From Clostridia bacterium (GTDB taxonomy: Bacteria > Bacillota > Clostridia > Oscillospirales > UBA644): a stretch of DNA of 64,000 nt. The notes under the pieces were generated by a model. That model did no database searches and was not told the origin of the DNA. It saw only the letters and a list, made by a program, of their open reading frames with translations. This document shows, piece by piece, positions 28,806 to 37,685 of this stretch. The stretch covers positions 171,572-235,571 of the forward strand of contig JAGBIM010000027.1 of assembly GCA_017934975.1 (NCBI GenBank). The letters are read 5' to 3'. Each line of letters starts with the position of its first letter. Position 1 is the first letter of the stretch. A program made the translations under genes and the position numbers.

Positions 28806-29420
28806 TTGAACGGAGTTTCAAAAAAGAGAATTGCGCTCATTTTTAGCCTTCCCCCGGTAGGGGAAGGTGGCACGGAGCCTTTTGCGCTGTGACGGATGAG
28901 GTTGACACCGTAAATGTTACTTTGTGACCCGAACAACCCTTCCACCGCTTCGCGGTCCCCCTCCCCTTACACAGGGGAGGCATACTTTTGTGCATCGCTT
29001 TTCTTTTTCGCTTCGGTCAAAAGAGTCGCAAAAAACCCCTTCCCCCGCCACGCCGCACTACGGCGACGCGGCGGTCCCCCTTCCCCTTTCCCATGGCGGG
29101 AAAGTGGACGGCAAACTCGGGTGCGCGGTTCGTCGAACCTTCTTTCACAGAGAGGTTCTCTCGGAAAGGGGAACAAACGCAAGGCACGGCACATCGGCAT
29201 GGCTCCCCTTAGTAAGGGGAGCTGTCATCGCAGATGACTGAGGGGATTGACACGGAAAATGTTACTATTCAAGCAAGAAAGCATCTGCGACTGCGTCGCG
29301 CGGGTCAATCTCATCCCCCGCAAGCGGTCCCCCTTCCCTTACTAAGGGAAGGCAATTCTTACGTATTGCACGTTGATTGTACATTGTTCTCGATATTTAT
29401 AGTGCGTTTACCGAAGCATC
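28806..29420. repeat. Non-coding GC-rich region with two copies of a 20-nt direct repeat and at least five related G/C hairpins
   Basis: Direct repeat TTGACACCGTAAATGTTACT (28902-28921) vs TTGACACGGAAAATGTTACT (29247-29266), 18/20 identical. Hairpins at 28847-28867, 28960-28980, 29086-29104, 29202-29222 and 29332-29352. Three hairpins are preceded by GCGGTCCCCCT. No ORF with plausible composition. Confidence 0.6.
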
Positions 29421-29459
29421 CTAAAAGTAAAACGGACAGACCATTTTGATCTGCCCGTT
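29421..29459 (-). terminator. Intrinsic terminator of the SPFH/Zn-ribbon/TPM operon
   Basis: AACGGGCAGA-loop-TCTGTCCGTT stem followed on the minus strand by TTACTTTTAG. Confidence 0.65.
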
Positions 29460-29468
29460 TGATGTTTT

Positions 29469-30221
29469 TCAGAATCGGCCGCTGCGACCTACGCTTCCGT
29501 TGCTCCGACCGCCCGAGGAAGAAGAGCTCTCCTTCGGCCGCGGGGTGCGGGTGACGGTGCGGTAGAGGAAGATGTCCCGACTTTCGGTCACGTCCAGACT
29601 GCCGTCCTTCAGATAGTTGCGGGCGGCGGCCTGGCGGTGTACCGATTTCAGCTTCGACGCCATGACCCACACGGAGATTCCCGCTACGACAAGGCCGATG
29701 ACCAACGCCCAAAGCAGGTATTTCACCCAGGGGAAGGGGGCTTCGTAGGCGGTTCCGTCCCGTTCCAGAGAAAGTACGTAATCCATCTGCGACGCAAAGC
29801 CGAGGAAGGCCTCTGCGTAATCTCCGTCCTCCAGGGGACTCTGAATTTCCTCTTCCAGAAGATCCAGCACGTCCTCGGTCAGAATCTTTTTTCCGCTCCC
29901 GAAGGCGCAGATATCCCATTGACGGGTGGTTAAGTCTACGTAGAAGAGAATGCCGTCCAATTCTCCCGCCAATTCAAGGAGTTTTGCTTCCGAAAGCCGA
30001 TAGGCAGGCGTACTGTCGGAGGCTCCCGAATATTCCAGAGCACCGTAAACGGAAATCCCGTAAAGGCGATCCAGTTTTTCCAGCGCGGTTTGGATCTTTG
30101 CGGAATCCGTGTAGGTGATTTCTCCCGTTTCGTCGGAAAAGGCGATGGCGTCTGCGGAGGCGGAGAGCCCTGCCGTCAGCAGAAGAAGCACCGTCAGAAA
30201 CATTGCAAGAATCTTTTTCAT
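29469..30221 (-). CDS. TPM-domain protein (YdjH-like), signal peptide plus C-terminal TM and Gly/Ser-rich tail
   Basis: TPM/YgcG-like domain (ITYTDSAKIQTALEKLD...GILFYVDLTTRQWDICAFGSG). AAGGAGG RBS. Confidence 0.7.
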   Translation of the reverse strand: MKKILAMFLTVLLLLTAGLSASADAIAFSDETGEITYTDSAKIQTALEKLDRLYGISVYGALEYSGASDSTPAYRLSEAKLLELAGELDGILFYVDLTTRQWDICAFGSGKKILTEDVLDLLEEEIQSPLEDGDYAEAFLGFASQMDYVLSLERDGTAYEAPFPWVKYLLWALVIGLVVAGISVWVMASKLKSVHRQAAARNYLKDGSLDVTESRDIFLYRTVTRTPRPKESSSSSGGRSNGSVGRSGRF

Positions 30222-30233
30222 CGTCGCCCCTCC

Positions 30234-31328
30234 TTACAGAAAATAGTGCACGAGGGACAGAATCCCGAACCCGACGGCAGAAAGGATCCCCGTCAGACCG
30301 AAGAGCCACTTGAACAGGGTGCCCTTATCCAACGGAAGGTCTCCCACGAATTTTCCCGTCTGACCGTTCATGGCAAAGGTGTATTTCTGATCCCGCCAGG
30401 TGGTGTTCAGAATCCACACGGGGTACAGAGCATATTTCGCCTGTCCGTTGTTGAGTCGGATATTGCTGTATTCCGTGCGCAGGGTGGAATATCCGTGCAC
30501 GGTGCTTTCGAAGGTCTGTTCCGTGCTCCGTTTGATGCGTTCGTTGGCTCGGGCGATGCTGTCGTCCGCCGTTACGTCGTATTTGTCGGCCAGATAGCCT
30601 GCCAGAAAGGCCGTCTGGAAGTCCATCGCGTCGGAAAAATCGTAAGGCTCGATGGATTCCATCAGGGCGTCTTCCATTTTGGAAGAGCCGTCCACGGGAA
30701 CCCGTTCAAAGGCCAGAGATCCCGCCCGTGCAATGGCGTAATGTTGGGTTTCGTGATAGATGTAATTGCTGTCCATCCAGGTGCGCAGGCGCGTTCCCCG
30801 ATAGCGGATGTTTGCGTTTGCTTCCGCATCGAAGAGCCAGAAGGGAACGTAGATTCCCTTGATCTCGTCGATGTGGTTTTCATCCTTGAACACCTTCGGA
30901 AGGAGCTTTTTGCCCTTAAAATGGTTCAGAAGGCCTTCCTTCGCCGCTTTTTTGTCATACTTGAAGGGGATGACGAAGTCGGGCTTCAGATCCCCCGAAA
31001 GGCGTCCCGTCAGTACCACGGGGTTGTCGCAGTAGGGGCAGGAGGTGGCGGCGGTGTTCCCGTCGGTGACCAGTTCTCCGCCGCAGGATTTGCAGGTGAA
31101 GACCTGCAGGCCTTCTTCCTCGCCTTCCTGCCAGGTTCCGCCCATTTCCGTGTTCCATTTCAGTTCTTCCTCGGGGCGGTCCTGCTGCAATTCCGCATCG
31201 TAGCTTTTCAGGGCCTCGGTCTCAAATTCCGTATCACAATAGGGGCACTTGAGCTTTTGCAGATTTGCATCAAAGGAGATGGCACCTCCGCAACAGGGGC
31301 ATTTGTATTCCAATAACGTGTTTTCCAT
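30234..31328 (-). CDS. Zinc-ribbon membrane-anchored protein (YdjG-like)
   Basis: N-terminal CPCCG..CPYC and CKSCGG..CPYC double zinc ribbons, C-terminal TM helix. GGGAGAA RBS. Confidence 0.65.
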   Translation of the reverse strand: MENTLLEYKCPCCGGAISFDANLQKLKCPYCDTEFETEALKSYDAELQQDRPEEELKWNTEMGGTWQEGEEEGLQVFTCKSCGGELVTDGNTAATSCPYCDNPVVLTGRLSGDLKPDFVIPFKYDKKAAKEGLLNHFKGKKLLPKVFKDENHIDEIKGIYVPFWLFDAEANANIRYRGTRLRTWMDSNYIYHETQHYAIARAGSLAFERVPVDGSSKMEDALMESIEPYDFSDAMDFQTAFLAGYLADKYDVTADDSIARANERIKRSTEQTFESTVHGYSTLRTEYSNIRLNNGQAKYALYPVWILNTTWRDQKYTFAMNGQTGKFVGDLPLDKGTLFKWLFGLTGILSAVGFGILSLVHYFL

Positions 31329-31349
31329 ACCGAATTCTCCCGTTCGGGA

Positions 31350-32651
31350 TTATTTCCGATCCGCGTCGGTGAAGGGATCTCCGCACTCGGGGCAGAATTT
31401 GGGCGGATTCTTGGGATCGGCGGGAACCCAGCCGCATTTGTCGCAACGGTATTCTCCGGGCTTCTTCGCGCCGCATTCGGAGCAGAATTTGCCCGTATTG
31501 GACGCTCCGCAAGCGCAGGTCCAGGAATTGACCTCCGGCTTCTTTGCGCCGCATTCGGGGCAGAAATTCCCCGCCGCAACGGTGCCGCAGGCGCATTTCC
31601 AGCCGTTGACCGAAGGCGCCTGAGCCGCCTGCTGTGCGGCTTGCTGCTGTCCCATAGCAAAGAGATTCTGCGCGTTCATGCCGCCCTGGTTCATGGCCAT
31701 GCCCATGCCGATAAAGCCGTTCATGGCGCCTGCTTCGTTGGCGGCGGCGGTCTTCATGGCTTCGGCCTGAGCACCCACGAGGGTGGCAGCGGCCATGTTG
31801 GGATCCTTCATGACGGCAATACGCTGTGCCTGCTTGATCATTTCCGCATCTTCCGGGGGAAGGGTCACCGAGCCAAGGGCAACGCTTACGATTTTCAGAC
31901 CGCGGAGCTTGACCCATTTTTCCGAAAGGGTATCGTTCATGGCGTTTTCCAGATCTGCGGTATGGTTGAGAATCTGGTTGGGGCGCAGTTCCATTTCGGA
32001 CAGACGGCCGAGGGCAGGCTGCAAAGCAGAGATAAATTCGGTTTTCAGATGCGAATCCAATTTGTCACGGGTGTAGTCCTGCTCCACGTTTCCGCACACG
32101 TTTGTGTAGAAGAGAATAGGGTCTTCGATCTTGTAAGAATAAACCCCCGAGCAACGGATCAAAACGTCCAAGTCCAGCCCGATTTTGGAGTCCACCACGC
32201 GGAAGGGCAGGGGATTGGGCGTGCCGAACTTATTGTCGATTACTTCCTTGGTGTTGAAATAGTAGACCCGCTGATCCTTGCCCGTGTCGCCGCCGTAAGC
32301 GAAGCGTTTTCCGAGGGTTTTGAAGGTTTCCACGATGCTTTTGCCCAAAGAACCCGCAAAAATGCTGGGTTCGGTGGAGGTGTCGTAGGTGAATTGACCG
32401 GGTTCGGCGCAGACTTCCACCACCTTTCCCTGTTCTACGATGATCATGCACTGTCCATCGGCTACGGCGATTCCCGAGCCGTTGGAGATCACGTTGTCGC
32501 TGCCCTTGGTGTTGGAGGAGCGGCCCGAAATGCGTTTTTGTCCCTTCGTGACCAGCACGTCTGCGTCCAAAGCGTCGCAGTAGAAAAACTCTTTCCATTG
32601 ATCGGCCAGGGTGCTGCCCAAAGCGCCGATGCCTGCTTTAATAAGTCCCAT
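31350..32651 (-). CDS. SPFH/Band-7 family protein (YdjI / COG4260-like) with three C-terminal zinc-ribbon repeats
   Basis: MGLIKAGIGALGSTLADQWKEFF N-terminus and SPFH body. C-terminus has CACG..CPECG, CACG..CSECG and CDKCG..CPECG motifs. Confidence 0.75.
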   Translation of the reverse strand: MGLIKAGIGALGSTLADQWKEFFYCDALDADVLVTKGQKRISGRSSNTKGSDNVISNGSGIAVADGQCMIIVEQGKVVEVCAEPGQFTYDTSTEPSIFAGSLGKSIVETFKTLGKRFAYGGDTGKDQRVYYFNTKEVIDNKFGTPNPLPFRVVDSKIGLDLDVLIRCSGVYSYKIEDPILFYTNVCGNVEQDYTRDKLDSHLKTEFISALQPALGRLSEMELRPNQILNHTADLENAMNDTLSEKWVKLRGLKIVSVALGSVTLPPEDAEMIKQAQRIAVMKDPNMAAATLVGAQAEAMKTAAANEAGAMNGFIGMGMAMNQGGMNAQNLFAMGQQQAAQQAAQAPSVNGWKCACGTVAAGNFCPECGAKKPEVNSWTCACGASNTGKFCSECGAKKPGEYRCDKCGWVPADPKNPPKFCPECGDPFTDADRK

Positions 32652-32696
32652 AATAAATACTCCTTTCGTATGAAAAACGGATATATTAAATGTGTA

Positions 32697-33455
32697 TTAC
32701 TTGCGTACGGTGTACCGTTTTACGGTGATAAAAATGCGATCCTTGCGGCTGTGTCCGCCGATTTCGGAGACCACCACCCGTCCGTGTCCCCGCAGGGAAA
32801 TCACGTTCCCTTGCTCCACCGATGCGGAGGGAGAGTCTGTTTCTTCCCAGTTGAGGGTGATTCCTCCCTTTTTGATTAGTTCGGTCATCTTCGTCCGTGC
32901 CATGGAAAATCCTTCCGCGGCAACGCAATCCAGTCGAAGAGAGGGAACGGTAAAGGTCTTTTCCTCGTAGGCCGCTTCGGGGACTTCTCCCAGCTCGCAT
33001 TCCCGGGGATGAAAGGCCTTTCGTCCTGCCTTCGTAAAATTCTCCAAAAGAAAAGGGGCGATGCCTCGGTCGCAAATCAGTTTCGGGGGATCGCTTTCCG
33101 CCAGAATGTCCCCCACCTTTTCCCGACGGATTCCAAGGCCGATGAGGGCTCCCAGAATCTCGGGGTGGACGGGATATTCTCCGCGGGTGTTGAGGGAAAG
33201 AACCGTAATGGGAAAATCAATATTTTCAAACCGTTTCGGTATAAAAGCGCCCATCTTCCGTTCTGCCGATTCGTATCCGCCCCAAAGCACAAAATTCAAA
33301 AAACCCACGGATTGTGCGGTTTTTTGAGCAATCCTTTGCTCTTTGGGGGAAAGGAAATCGGTATAAACGGGGCAGTTTCGCTTTTCCGCCAGCCGTATGG
33401 CGTCCTGAAGGCGGGCAATCAGTAGCTTTTCTTCCTCGGAGGGGTTGTTTTTCAT
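32697..33455 (-). CDS. ylmH: YlmH-like RNA-binding S4-domain protein
   Basis: YlmH family pattern with a C-terminal S4 domain (GNVISLRGHGRVVVSEI). Start at ATG 33455 with GGAGG RBS; 4-bp overlap with cotH. Confidence 0.7.
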   Translation of the reverse strand: MKNNPSEEEKLLIARLQDAIRLAEKRNCPVYTDFLSPKEQRIAQKTAQSVGFLNFVLWGGYESAERKMGAFIPKRFENIDFPITVLSLNTRGEYPVHPEILGALIGLGIRREKVGDILAESDPPKLICDRGIAPFLLENFTKAGRKAFHPRECELGEVPEAAYEEKTFTVPSLRLDCVAAEGFSMARTKMTELIKKGGITLNWEETDSPSASVEQGNVISLRGHGRVVVSEIGGHSRKDRIFITVKRYTVRK

Positions 33456-35161
33456 TCGGCATCCTCCTCGGTCTGCGTCACTTCCGCCACCCGCTCTTCC
33501 ATCCATTCGTAGCGACCGATCATCCATTCTTCCAGATATTCAAATTCCTCGTCGGGATCTTCTACCATTCCCTTCGGCCAGCAGTTTGTTTCCCGTTCCC
33601 AAGCCCCCGTTTCTTCCAGATAGGCACGGTGGGTTTCAAATCGGTTCAGAACCGACTCCAGAGACAGAACGCCTCCTTGTGCGGAAAGCTCCTTCCAGCG
33701 GTTCAGAACGGTCTTTTTCGCACCGTTTACGTCCCGTTCCAGATATTGCTGTAGCAAACGGAAATCGTCGATGTAATCGTTCTCGTAATCATCCCGAAAA
33801 CAGGGGAGATCCAGAACGCTGGTTTCATTTTTGCCGTATCGGTAACCGAATCCGATGTCACAGTCCCAGGGCGTGACGGTGAAGACCGCGTCGTCGGCGT
33901 TGGGATCGTTTGCCGACCAGTAGAGGTTTTTGCCCCGATTGTCCCGCAGGCTGAAGGCGGTGAGGAACAACCAGTAGTCGGTCAGATTTTGGTGATCAAA
34001 GTTGGCGGTGGCGTCCTTGAAATATTGAGGAAAATCGTCGGATTCCGCCGTGGCTTCCACCAGATCGTAAAAAATACCCCAGGTTTTTCCCGTTACGTTT
34101 TCTTTGGGATAAACCACCTCAAAGTCCATCCATGCGGCGCCTTGCGGGAATCCGTTGTATTTGTCAAACAACGTTCCTTCCCAGTTGGTTGCCTTGATCA
34201 GCACGCTGTTTTCCTTGTCCAGCCCCAACTGCTTGCGGTCAACGGGTTCGATCAGATCGTACAGGCCTGCGTAATTGCCGTTCAGAATAACCTCTACGTA
34301 TCTGCCTTGCGACGCCTTGTTTTGATCGGACATTTCGTTCCAGATTTCCGTAGCAATTTTATTGTGCATTCGGGTGTGGTCAATGTACAGGGCGTCCAAT
34401 ACCCAGTCGTTGTCGCTCCGCAAGCCCAACAGGGAAACGTCCCGCGGGGTTTCGTAATCCTCTTCCCGCAGATTCAGCTTATACGCCTTTTTGGGAAATC
34501 CGGCGGCAGAGGCACCGCGGGTATGAATGTTTGCGTAGCTTTCCGTAAAGGGGGCCGTACCGTTTTCCTTCCAGTTCGCGTTCCGAAGGGTAATCGTGCA
34601 GTTTACGTTCGAACTACCGATGCCCACTTTTTTTTCGGTGTTGATGGTCATGAAGGGCATGGTGGTGGTGACGATCAACGCGTCCTGGTATTCCGTGTCA
34701 CTGTATACGGTCAGGCGATAGGCGCGGTTGTTTTCCGCAATAAAATAAGAATAACGGTCAATGGGATCCTGAAAAACGATGGAAAGATCTTCCTCCTCGG
34801 TTCCGATCACGTCAAAGGCGATGCCCGTTTTTTCGGTCAGGCTTCGTTCGGAAACCGAAAGATAATACTGATCGCTCTTTTTGTCGTAGGCAATGGGATA
34901 TCCGTCCGCCGTAAGGGTTTGGATCAACTCCCGATTTTCCTTCCGTCCTTCTTTTACGGTTCCGTAGGGTTCTTCCCCCGTAATGCGGGGAGAGCGGATC
35001 ACCGTGGCGGGATCGGTTTCTTCCGGCTCGGGAAGGGGTTCTTCGATTACGTTCTGCGGTTCGGACGTCCAATGAACGCACAGAACCGTCGCCACCGCGA
35101 CAAGGGAAAGCAACACGACGGCAATGCAAAGGCCGAGGATGAGTTTTCTCTTTTTGTCCAT
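33452..35161 (-). CDS. cotH: CotH kinase-family protein (spore coat protein H-like) with N-terminal TM anchor
   Basis: CotH motifs (GRYVEVILNGNYAGLYDLIE, GKNLYWSANDP, PWDCDIGFG). Start at ATG 35161. Confidence 0.7.
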   Translation of the reverse strand: MDKKRKLILGLCIAVVLLSLVAVATVLCVHWTSEPQNVIEEPLPEPEETDPATVIRSPRITGEEPYGTVKEGRKENRELIQTLTADGYPIAYDKKSDQYYLSVSERSLTEKTGIAFDVIGTEEEDLSIVFQDPIDRYSYFIAENNRAYRLTVYSDTEYQDALIVTTTMPFMTINTEKKVGIGSSNVNCTITLRNANWKENGTAPFTESYANIHTRGASAAGFPKKAYKLNLREEDYETPRDVSLLGLRSDNDWVLDALYIDHTRMHNKIATEIWNEMSDQNKASQGRYVEVILNGNYAGLYDLIEPVDRKQLGLDKENSVLIKATNWEGTLFDKYNGFPQGAAWMDFEVVYPKENVTGKTWGIFYDLVEATAESDDFPQYFKDATANFDHQNLTDYWLFLTAFSLRDNRGKNLYWSANDPNADDAVFTVTPWDCDIGFGYRYGKNETSVLDLPCFRDDYENDYIDDFRLLQQYLERDVNGAKKTVLNRWKELSAQGGVLSLESVLNRFETHRAYLEETGAWERETNCWPKGMVEDPDEEFEYLEEWMIGRYEWMEERVAEVTQTEEDAE

Positions 35162-35167
35162 AAAAAA

Positions 35168-35230
35168 CCTCTTGACAGAATAGAATACTACAATTATATT
35201 ATAATCGAGAATTCCGGATCTGTCAAGAGG
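35168..35230 (-). promoter_or_regulatory. cotH promoter (TTGACA, 17 bp, TATAAT) embedded in a perfect 12-bp inverted repeat
   Basis: CCTCTTGACAGA (35219-35230 on the minus strand) contains the -35. Its partner at 35168-35179 contains the RBS AAGAGG. Spacer 39 bp. Confidence 0.55.
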
Positions 35231-35264
35231 AAAACTGTGATTTTTTTCGTGCAGAAAATCGGGA

Positions 35265-35945
35265 TCATCCTTCGAAGGGGGGATATTCGTTGCAGAGCAG
35301 GTATTTTGCCGGTTCGTCTTCTTCAATGGGGGAGAAGCGGTCTCGGCTTTCGTAAAAGCGGTTGTCGTTTACGTCGTCGTTGCATTGGGAAACTTCGCCG
35401 ACCAAAACCGTTCCGCAGCCTTCTTCACCCCGGAAAGAGTGATAAAGACGGCGGGGCATGGTCATGCTTTCTCCCGGGCATAGGCGAATGACCGATCCGG
35501 CAGGCACCGTATAATGCCGTCCGTCAACCTGTACGGTTACCTCTTCCTTGGAGAAATCGTCGTCTTCGGAAGCATTGTATACCTGAATCAGCAGATTTCC
35601 GCCGCCGCGGTTGATAATATCTTCCTGCTTGAAATGGTGGAAGTGGTAGGGGGTGACCTGCCCTTCCTTGACGATCATGATTTTTTCCGCGTATACCTTC
35701 CCGTTTGTTTCTTTGGGATCTCCGTTTCGAAGGGTAAACAGGAACAATCCCAGATTGTCGAAGTCCCCGCCTCCGAAATCGGTCACGTCCCAGCCAAGGC
35801 CGTTGCGGCGGATTTCGTCGTATTCATGATTTTTGCTTTTCCATTCTTCGGGGGTGAAATAGGCAAAGGGGGGAAGCAGAAACTTGTGCTCCCGGAAAAG
35901 GGCACAGGCTTCGGTGATAAGTGCGTTGATCTCAGATCGTTTCAT
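35265..35945 (-). CDS. Cupin-fold sugar isomerase (D-lyxose/D-mannose isomerase-like)
   Basis: Cupin His cluster HFHHFKQED...NRGGG. Size and context in a carbohydrate cluster. Confidence 0.5.
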   Translation of the reverse strand: MKRSEINALITEACALFREHKFLLPPFAYFTPEEWKSKNHEYDEIRRNGLGWDVTDFGGGDFDNLGLFLFTLRNGDPKETNGKVYAEKIMIVKEGQVTPYHFHHFKQEDIINRGGGNLLIQVYNASEDDDFSKEEVTVQVDGRHYTVPAGSVIRLCPGESMTMPRRLYHSFRGEEGCGTVLVGEVSQCNDDVNDNRFYESRDRFSPIEEDEPAKYLLCNEYPPFEG

Positions 35946-36009
35946 GGAGGTTCTCCTTGTTATAATAGGCGTATATCCCTCTGCGGGAGAGGGATATACG
36001 AGATGTCGA

Positions 36010-37665
36010 TTATACTTTTGCTTTGATCAGAGCGTTGATTCTGCGACGGAGATTGAGGATGAACTCATCTTCGTGGGGATAGGACTTGAAGGTGATGGGT
36101 TCGATGCCTTCTTCCAGCACTTCCATGGCTTTTTCTCTGCCGTAAAGGCTTTCCAGCAGCTTCAGCGCACGCATATCCTGCAAGCCTTCGTTGAAGACCA
36201 CCTGACGCAGGGAGGAGAGGGGCTTGCCGTTTTCGCCGGGATAGACCACGAAGTTGTCTCCCGAAGGAACGAAGCCTTCCCCATCGGTGCAGACGTAGGG
36301 ATTGATGGTGGCGTAGGAATACTGGTTGTTGTAGAAGTTGAAGCCCCATTGCAGGAAGCCGTAGATGTTATACTTATAGAGCTGGAGCCCCAGAATACGG
36401 TTGCGGGCAGAGGGCATGGAGAAGAAACGGTTGGATACGTCCACGCACTGGCTGCAGCAATAGTAGGTCCAAAGCTCGGGGACGTTATGTTCCAGGAAGG
36501 GTTCGATATGGTTGGTGCCCGGAACGGGATGATCCACGAGACCCTGTTCATAGAAAGCGTACTTGGACAGAGCGTCGATCATGGGATAGCCCTTGATCAG
36601 AGGAAGCAGGAATTCGCTGAGCAGCTTGTACTGTTCCAGATGCTTCTCGTTGGGCTCGTCGGAAAGGTGGAACCAGCAACGCTTGTCCGCACCGTTCTTT
36701 TCTTCCTTCATGTATTGGATGAAGGCGGGAATCAGCTGGGTGAGGAAGTTCTTGTAATCGTCTCCCGCCGCTTCGGTATCCCAGCCGAAAATGCGTTTTT
36801 CTTCTCCGTCCACGGTGGCGACTACCTTGGGGCAGGCTTTGGCGCCCCATTGAGAGTAGAAATGGCAGATTTCGAAGGCCTCGATGCCTACCTTGTCGCA
36901 CAGATCGACCCAACGGCCCACGTTGGAGAAATCGAAGGTATACTTGTCGCCTTCCTTGACGATGCCAACCAGCTGGGTGGTGGGACGGTATCCGCCCACG
37001 TAGGTGTCCAGTTCGGGGGTCAGAAGGGGCGTGAGAATCATGTTCTGGCCGTATTCCTTGGCGCTGACCATGAAGTTTTCAATGATTTCCCAGTGCTTTT
37101 CGCTCCAGGCTTCCACGTTGTAATACTGCATCAGACAGTCGGTATAGAACCACTGGGTCAACAGCATTTCCTGCTTGGGAAGCTCTGCGTTGATGATCTC
37201 CACTTCGGTTTCCACCGCCGCTTCCACCGCACCGCCTTCGGAGACGAAGGACAGCTTGATGGGATAAACCCCTGCGTCCACCTTTCCGTCGGGAACGACT
37301 TCAATCCACAGAGCGTGAAGATTGTTGTCGGTGACCAGACGGTCGTTTTCGCGGATGGGATCCAGCAGATCGGGGAAGAGACCGGGCTTGGTGCACAGAT
37401 AGTTGTCGTCAATGCGGTTTTGATACACGGGCATGGCCGAGGGAATCTGCTGAACCTTGGTGATCTTCAGGCAATCTGCCAAAGGAGATTCCACGTTCAG
37501 ATGAACGATAACCTTTGCGTCTACCCGTTCGCTGCGATCGTAGCAGACCTGGAAGGAATACCGTTCGTTTTTCAGCATGGAAATCGCACCGAGGGCTTTT
37601 TTGCTCGGAACGGTTTCATCCAAAAAACATTTTTCCAGAGAAGAGATGATTTTTGCTCGTAACAT
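36010..37665 (-). CDS. DUF4091-type protein, putative glycoside hydrolase (paralog 1)
   Basis: About 55% identical to its neighbour. Shared blocks INAELP, YTQWFYTDCLM, WSEKHW, YGQNMILTP, CWFHLSDEP. Start at ATG 37665 (GGAGG RBS). Confidence 0.6.
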   Translation of the reverse strand: MLRAKIISSLEKCFLDETVPSKKALGAISMLKNERYSFQVCYDRSERVDAKVIVHLNVESPLADCLKITKVQQIPSAMPVYQNRIDDNYLCTKPGLFPDLLDPIRENDRLVTDNNLHALWIEVVPDGKVDAGVYPIKLSFVSEGGAVEAAVETEVEIINAELPKQEMLLTQWFYTDCLMQYYNVEAWSEKHWEIIENFMVSAKEYGQNMILTPLLTPELDTYVGGYRPTTQLVGIVKEGDKYTFDFSNVGRWVDLCDKVGIEAFEICHFYSQWGAKACPKVVATVDGEEKRIFGWDTEAAGDDYKNFLTQLIPAFIQYMKEEKNGADKRCWFHLSDEPNEKHLEQYKLLSEFLLPLIKGYPMIDALSKYAFYEQGLVDHPVPGTNHIEPFLEHNVPELWTYYCCSQCVDVSNRFFSMPSARNRILGLQLYKYNIYGFLQWGFNFYNNQYSYATINPYVCTDGEGFVPSGDNFVVYPGENGKPLSSLRQVVFNEGLQDMRALKLLESLYGREKAMEVLEEGIEPITFKSYPHEDEFILNLRRRINALIKAKV

Positions 37666-37685
37666 AACGAAATACCTCCGATTTA

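Noticed and set aside
28806-29420. The hairpin-repeat region being a CRISPR array, tmRNA, RNase P RNA or SRP RNA
   Set aside because: The repeats are neither identical nor regularly spaced and have no cas neighbours. No GGAAAGUCC (RNase P), no tmRNA tag-reading-frame or terminal TCCACCA arrangement, and no SRP domain-IV motif could be located on either strand.
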